This document shows, piece by piece, positions 52,263 to 64,000 of a stretch of 64,000 bases of DNA (position 1 is the first letter of the stretch; each line of letters starts with the position of its first letter). A program made the translations under genes and the position numbers. Under the pieces are notes generated by a model. The model was not told the origin of the DNA, did no database searches, and saw only the letters and a list, made by a program, of their open reading frames with translations. Where the stretch lies: the NCBI RefSeq assembly GCF_009914755.1, contig NC_060927.1. One strand, 5' to 3'. Source of the DNA: the human T2T-CHM13v2.0 reference genome, Homo sapiens.

Positions 52263-53951
52263 TTAGGTGTAAATGGCTTAGTTTCCAATATAAACTATCT
52301 CTCAGGGTTTTACAATAATAGTTCTTAGTGTATTACAAAATCAAGTACTCTACGGTACTCTTGGAAGAATTAACAGAAATGAAGCTAGTCAACTTTTTTA
52401 AGAAACTGAGCAAAGAACAATTAGCAAATTGAGCAGCCTCTTAACCAGGATAGGTTCAGAGAGGCTCCAGCAGAGCCACGTAATAGATTTATGGACAGAG
52501 AAGCTGGTCAACTTTTGATTCTCAAACCCAGGCTGGCCATCCTGCTTCCATCCAAAACCTGACAATGCTCATGGAACAATGAATATTAGGGTTGAGAAAA
52601 TTTATTACAAATATCTATTACAGAATAAACTGTAATGTATTAAACAAAATTTTTAAGTGAATAAATTAAATCAACGAGTCACTACAGTGAAAAATGACTG
52701 AGAAGATCTGGAAACACCAAAGTCCTGCTAAGGAAACTAGGAAAGTATGACTGATAGATAATCTTGTATGTATAAAATACGGCTTGGCAACTAGAGACAA
52801 TTCTTAGGAAAACACAGTTGTATCAACAGTTGCTTGATACTTTTCTAAAGACATAATGTGTCAATAAAAGGAGAATGGTATGCCTAAAATGTAGCAAAAG
52901 CAAATGGCAAAGAGGGACATGAATATTAAAGAGGTATACCCTAGCCTAAGCACTAGGATAGTTCAACAGGCTTTCCATACTTACCAGCAAACCCTCCAAG
53001 TACTATACTGGCCTCCTGTGCATCTCAGTAGCCCAAAGAAGGTAACCTGGCCTGTAGCACCATACCTCCATCACTACAAAGCTCTCTCTCTCATCAGAAA
53101 AATGGATTCAACTGTCTATAAAGCTACTAAAGGTCCAGATTATATATGAAATCTGGTAACCACATGATACTTTCTCTCAGTTGGCTTCCTAAGGTATCTC
53201 TATCTTCTCCATTCTAACATGAATTATAAGAATTTGACTTGCTGGGCACGGTGGCTCACATCTGTAATCCCAGCACTTTGGGAGGCCAAGGACAGGAGTT
53301 CGAGACCAGCCTGGGCAACACAGCAAAACCCTGTCTCTATAAAAAATAAAAAATTAGCCAGGGCCAGGTGCAGTGGCTCACGACTATAATCCCAGCACTT
53401 TTGGGAAGCCGAAGCAGGAAGATCACTTGGGCTTAGGAGTTTGAGACCAGCCTGGGCAACATGGTGAAACCCCATCTCTACAAACAAAATTAGTTGGGCA
53501 TGGTGGCATGTGCCCACAGTCCCCGCTACTCAGAAGGCTGAAGTGAGAGAATCACCTGAGCCTGGGAAGTTGAGGCTACAGTGAGCCATCATCGCGCCAC
53601 TGCACTCCAGCCTGGGCAAGAGCGAAACCCTGTCTCAAAACAAAAAAATTAGCCAGGAGTGGTGGTGCACATTTGCAGTCCTAGATACATGGGACAATCA
53701 CTTGAGCCCAGAAGTTCAGTTACAGTGAGCTATAATCTTGCCACTGTACTCTAACCTGGACAACAGAACAAGTCCCTAAAAATAAAAAATTAATATAGAA
53801 TCTGACTATCCTGACTGCTTTGTATCTCATTTGAACATGCTGAAATATTCTTTCCCAGTTAAACTTTCTTTTGACCAAATTTGCCATACTTTCACATCAT
53901 GGCGCCTCATAAGTACCGTTCTTTCTAGCTGACTTGTTCCATTCAATACTA

Positions 53952-54281
<330 letters not shown>

Positions 54282-54445
54282 CTAACACTGTCCTAATTCT
54301 TAAATTCTCATAAAACCCTTTGCAGATGATACTACCATGATCCCCACTTTATAGGTAAGGAGTAATTAAGAAACTTGCCTAGGTTCACAAAGCAATTAAG
54401 TAAAAGAGATGAGATTCTAAACCAGGAGTTCTGTCTCCAGAGCCC

Positions 54446-55320
54446 AGGGATTTAACTTTTTTTGTGCCCTATACCATTTTGGCAATCTAATGAAGCTTGT
54501 GGATTCCTTCTCAGTCTAATATTTTTTAATGCATAAGATAAAATACATATGATTGCAAAGGAAGACAATTATATTGAGGGGAAAAAAACCAATGTGTCAT
54601 ATTGCTTAGTATGTGCTTCTCAATCTAGTGGATTTTGATATAATGATAAACATATTTCAAGATTCTATAAAAACCACAATACAGTTTGCCTTTGAACAAC
54701 ATGGGCTGGAACTGTCCAGGTCCACTTATACACAGATTTTTTTCAATAAAAGTTACACACCTTGTGCCTGCCTCCAGTTCTACCTCCTCCACCTCTGTCA
54801 CTCAAGACAGCAAGACTAAAACCCCCTCCTCTTCTTCCTCCTCAGCCTACTCAGTGTGAAGACTACAAGGATGAAGACCTTTATGATGATCCACTTCCAC
54901 TTAATGAATAATATATTTTCACTTCCTTATGATTTTCTTAATAACATTTTCTTTTCTCTAGCTTACTTTCTTGTAAGAATACAGTATATAATACACATAA
55001 CATACAACAAAGTATGTGTTAGTAGACTATGTTCTCAGTAAAGTCAACAGTATCCTAGTAGCAGTTAAGTTTTGAGGGAGACAAAAGTTATATGCACATT
55101 TTTGACTGTGTTGCAGATTGGTACTTCTAACTCCCATGTTTGATCAAGAGTCACCTGCATATTTTATTATTAAAATATCTGATTTCTACACAAATCACAA
55201 TTAATACTACTGTAGTTTGTTATTTATATTAGTAATTGAAAGAAATGCTAACTTCTAGTCAGAGGTTACCGAAGAGGTAATTTTCCCAAGTTCACAGATG
55301 TCATCCATGTTAAAACCTCA
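54446..55320. mobile_element. hAT-Charlie (Charlie4-like) element interrupted by the Tigger2a copy
   Basis: Similarity to the recalled consensus (TTTTTTGTGCC...TTCTCAG...ATTTTTAATGCATAA) on the left, with continuation after the Tigger. Confidence 0.55.
54682..55157 (+). mobile_element. Tigger2a/MER28-like TcMar DNA transposon
   Basis: TA|CAGTTTGCCTTTGAACAAC left end, degenerate inverted right end (TCAAGAGTCACCTG), and the characteristic internal GATGAAGACCTTTATGATGATCCACTTCC. Confidence 0.8.
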
Positions 55321-55504
55321 AACTGCACACTAAAACAGTTCTCTTAACACAGGCATTTAAAAAACCAATCAAGCCAAGTGTGGTGGTACACATCTATAGT
55401 TCCAGCTACTCAGGAGGCTGAGGTGGGAGAATGGCTTGAGCCCAGGCTGAAGACCAGCCTGGGGAAAATGTAAGATTCCATCTTAAAAAAAAAATAAAAA
55501 GACC

Positions 55505-57100
<1,596 letters not shown>

Positions 57101-57574
57101 ATGCATATGTTCAAAGACCTGCACCTCTATCACTGTAAAGTACTTGCCTATCTCCTTCATTAAAAGAGTTCCTTAAAGACTAACTGGATCTACTTTGCCG
57201 TGTCCTCAACACCTGTCCCTGGGCCTGCCCCATAATGGACACCCACTGCACAGATACTCAAGTGATTACAGCCATTTTCACCTGAAACACAATGTCCTCT
57301 ATGCTGCTGAATAAAAAAGACATCTTGCAGCTGTGTCTGATTAAAAGCATGGGTACAAGACAAACCCAGAACATCAGACGCTAAGTGTTACTTCAGTCAA
57401 ACTGAATTTACATTTTTGCCTCAATTTCTTCATATGTCTAAGTACCATTTCAAACCATCCAAAGTCTAAAAAGGGCACTTGGTCATTTCTCCCCTGAGCC
57501 ATGTTGCCCACCTAGTCTTTTCATCCTCAACTTAAATCCTACCTTTTAACTTTTCCCTGATGACCCCAACTAGA

Positions 57575-57790
57575 AGCACTTACACGTGCCACATTCTGCG
57601 CCAAGTGCTCTTCATGCATTATCTCATTCAATCCTCCCAAAAAGCCCCAGTAAGTTGTTAACCATTATAATACCTATATAAAAGATGAGAAAACCCAAGT
57701 TCAGAGAGATGAAGTCATCGTCCAAGGTTAAAATAGTGTTCAGATTCAGGTCTGACTCTGAAATCCAGGTTTTTTAAACCCTATACTGCC
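57575..57790 (-). mobile_element. MIR SINE
   Basis: CATTATCTCATTCAATCCTC...AGATGAGAAAACCCAAGTTCAGAGAG core. Confidence 0.7.
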
Positions 57791-60229
57791 TTTCTCTCTC
57801 CTCTCTCTAGCATTATAAACACTAACTAGCTTACTATCTCAAGAGTTTGCTGTCACTTCACTTCTCTAGCCTTCATTTTCTTCATATGCCAAACAGGTGA
57901 TATTGCTCAGGATACCTACCATGATCCCCTCCAGTCTTTATAGTATTATGAAAAAAAGGAAAAACAAAACAACAACAACAAAAAACATGTTACAATTCTT
58001 TACTCCATACAGGTTAATACACAAGAAGAGGCCTGGCACAATGGCTCATGCCTGCAATCCCAGCACTTTGGGAGGCCAAGGCAGGAGGCTCACTTGAGGC
58101 CAGGGATTCAAAACCAGTAACGTAATTTATTTTTTTTTAATTAGCTGGGTGTGGTGACACATGCCTATAGTCCCAACCCAGGAGGCTGAGGCAGGAGGAC
58201 TGCTTAAGCCCAGAGGTTCAAGGATGCAATGAGCCATGATGACACCACTGCACTCCAGCCTGGGTGACAGAGTGGGACCCTGCCTCTAAAAAAAAAAAAA
58301 AGGAAAAAATACACGAGAATTTAAAAATATATAATCACTGTTAGAAATCCAAAGCAGTGGATTTCTACTACATTAAAGCAATAAAAATAAAAACTCCAAA
58401 ACATGTAAAACCATAAAACATTCTTGATTCCTTCCCCACTCAGGTCTACCAAAGATGCACTTCTGAGTCCATTTTCCCACATATTATGAAAAATTGTTTT
58501 TCCCCAAGAAGTGTAAGGATGTGATCCTTAAAGCTTCCGGACTTCACCAAACAACCTGGTAAAAGGAAGTGAAAGCAGGCACTTAGCCTATTCAGGGGTT
58601 AGCATGTTACTTTGTACAGAGCAAGTGCTATATAAGCATTTATTGAATCGTGATATAAAATTTTTTTTTAGGTTTTTCAAACTAAAAACCTATAACATGA
58701 GCTTTGTAATTGGACTGATGGTGCAGTAAATCAAAACAATCTTACCTAACTGACCCTGCCAGTAGCAAAACAAAAAGACCAATCTAATTAAGGTAATGTT
58801 AACCAATGGCCAAGAACCCATGAAAGGAAAAAGCCATGTTAACTTACTATTGCAAGTAAGAGTTGGGTTTTTAGAAAAGCAAAATAATGATTTATCTTGT
58901 TGTGCAGAAATGACCAACACCTCAACAGAATCCGTTTGTGTTGCAATCAAAACTATCAATTAAGATCCAGACATTTCTGGACCAATGTGAGAAGATGTGG
59001 CAAGGGATTCAAAAACGAGCCAGAGCAAACCTAAGGTAAAATGTGTCAAAACAGCAAAGCTCTTGGAATCATCCTGGTCATAAAAGTTTGACAGTTTCAT
59101 GTGAAACCCCTATCAACCGATAAGTTTTAAATCAATAGTATATTCCTAGGTCTAACACCAGCAAACGGTGTTTAAGAACGGCTTTTCAAAACAATGGTCT
59201 CGTGAGGGTTCAGGGAAAGAAGTGACTCCAGGCTTTCTGAGATAGCAGATACAGCAGCAGATTCAGACCTCAAGAGAAATGTAAAGGTGTCCTAGACTGA
59301 AAAATTACTATTGGGCAAAACTGTGTGTCGGTTTTCCACAACATTGTCTTCTTTAGAGAATCCTCAAACGATTCTTGGTTTTTAACCAAGTCTTCACAAG
59401 AAATAGAAAGTCATCCGTTTAGGGTAAGAGATTCCTGTTACCAAGAAAATTGTGTCCGAAAGTGTGAAAATCTCACAACCTGCAAGAAAATGTATGTCCC
59501 TCAGGAGGCTTTCATTTTCAAGCGGAAAAACAAACCCGGTGTCACCTCAACAACGGGACCACACAAACCTCGCCATTACAAAACCCAAGTGCCAAAGGTG
59601 CACAATGTGAATCCGGAAGCACTGCAAGGCCAGGATCGAGTTCCCAGGAGGAAAAAATCAAACTCAGGAGTGCAGCGCGGGCCCCTCCACGGCCCGGGGG
59701 CCAGGCAACCCGCGCTAGGCCCTTCCGGTCCGAGGCGCCGCCGTCGCGGGGAGGTCGGGCGACGGGTCGAGCTTCCACCCGAGCCCGGGGATTCGCGGCC
59801 TACCCTCACCGGCGCCCTCTTGCCTGGCCCGGCACCGGCAGCTCCTCCGACTCTGCCCTTTGGCTAGCAGCGGGGCCCGGACGAGCCACGAGGAGCCCGA
59901 GAGGACCGCCGAGCCCCGGGATGGCCGGGTCGGTGCGGACACGGCGGTAACCGTAGGGACCGTGGCCGCCCCTCCCCCACCGGCCCGGCCCAACCGCCGC
60001 CGCGACACGAGCAGCGGCGCCAACGCCGGGCCCAACCGCGGGCCTGCTGCGGCCCCGGCCAAGCGGCTCGAAGTGGCGGCGCGGGCCTGCTCCCGACACC
60101 GACCGCGCGAGGCCACCGTGGGCCTGTTACTCCTCGCGCCGGCCCGCGCCGCCACCCGTCAGGACGCGCCGCCCTCGGCTGGGGATAAGGCGGCCGACAG
60201 CAGCGGGGGGCCGCGGAGCTGATACTTAC

Positions 60230-60300
60230 TCAGGGGTCGGGTGCTCCGGGTCGTAGAAATCCCCCATCTTCGGAGGCGGCTGCGGCTGCAGCTGCTTCAT
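60230..60300 (-). CDS. SETD2: SETD2 coding exon 1 (aa 1-24, MKQLQPQPPPKMGDFYDPEHPTPE)
   Basis: ATG at 60300-60298. The translation matches the SETD2 N-terminus. Donor GA|GTAAGT at 60229; 71 nt, phase 2. Confidence 0.97.
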
Positions 60301-60389
60301 CGGGAGCGGCTGGAGACGGCGACGCGAGCCCCCTCCCCGCAGCAGGGCGACGCGGGGGAGGGGAGGGGAGGAGGCCGCAGGTCCGACCG

Positions 60390-60411
60390 CGGCGGCGGCG
60401 GCGGCGGCGGC
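60390..60411 (-). repeat. (GCC)7 trinucleotide repeat upstream of the SETD2 ATG, likely in the 5' UTR
   Basis: ggc x7 on the + strand at 60391-60411. Confidence 0.9.
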
Positions 60412-60749
60412 AGGGGCGGCCCGCGTCGCTACCTCGCTCGTCGCTCCCTCCCTCCCTCGGACGCCCGCCAGCCGCTCTCTCCCTCTCACCCTCACACCGG
60501 GAGCGACGCACACCCCACCCGCCCCTCAGCTTCGCAGGCCCGGCCCCTTAAAGAGACACACACGGGCCACCGATCTGCCGCCAGTCGGCGTGCCTTGCAG
60601 CTGTTGGCTTGACCCCAGGCCGGGACGGGCAGAGCGGAACACTGCCCGGCGGGTCCAGGCCGACCGTGCCTGTGGCTCTCCGGAACAATAAACCCCCGGC
60701 CCCAGTGATGTGGGCCAGACCGGACCTGGAGAGGCGGCACCGCGACCCC

Positions 60750-64000
<3,251 letters not shown>

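Overview
Human (primate) genomic DNA containing the 5' part of SETD2, the H3K36 trimethyltransferase gene, on the minus strand. I recognise it from the translated exons. Six coding exons can be read with exact GT-AG boundaries: exon 1 (CDS 60300-60230, 71 nt), a 16-nt microexon 2 (23037-23022), a 4367-nt exon 3 (20923-16557), exon 4 (13129-12998), exon 5 (10379-10251) and exon 6 (2510-2387). They splice into one frame covering aa 1-1613: the N-terminal disordered region, the AWS domain and the first part of the SET domain. The gene continues past position 1. The promoter is a CpG island (~59.6-61.2 kb) with a (GCC)7 repeat upstream of the ATG, and is probably bidirectional (KIF9-AS1, from recall). 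The introns hold roughly 60 or more Alu elements, many nested or closely inverted, plus L1, L2, MIR, Tigger/Charlie DNA transposons and a THE1 solo LTR. Almost all other ORFs in the track are Alu or antisense artefacts. The most interesting points come from exon-phase arithmetic: exons 2+3 form an in-frame module, so a circular exon 2-3 RNA would be stop-free and an exon 1-to-4 splice would be in frame. There is also a weak Met1 versus strong Met12 Kozak context, and candidate poison exons and microexons. These are hypotheses; I found no direct evidence for a wholly new biological system. Repeat family names are from memory of consensus sequences and repeat boundaries are approximate.
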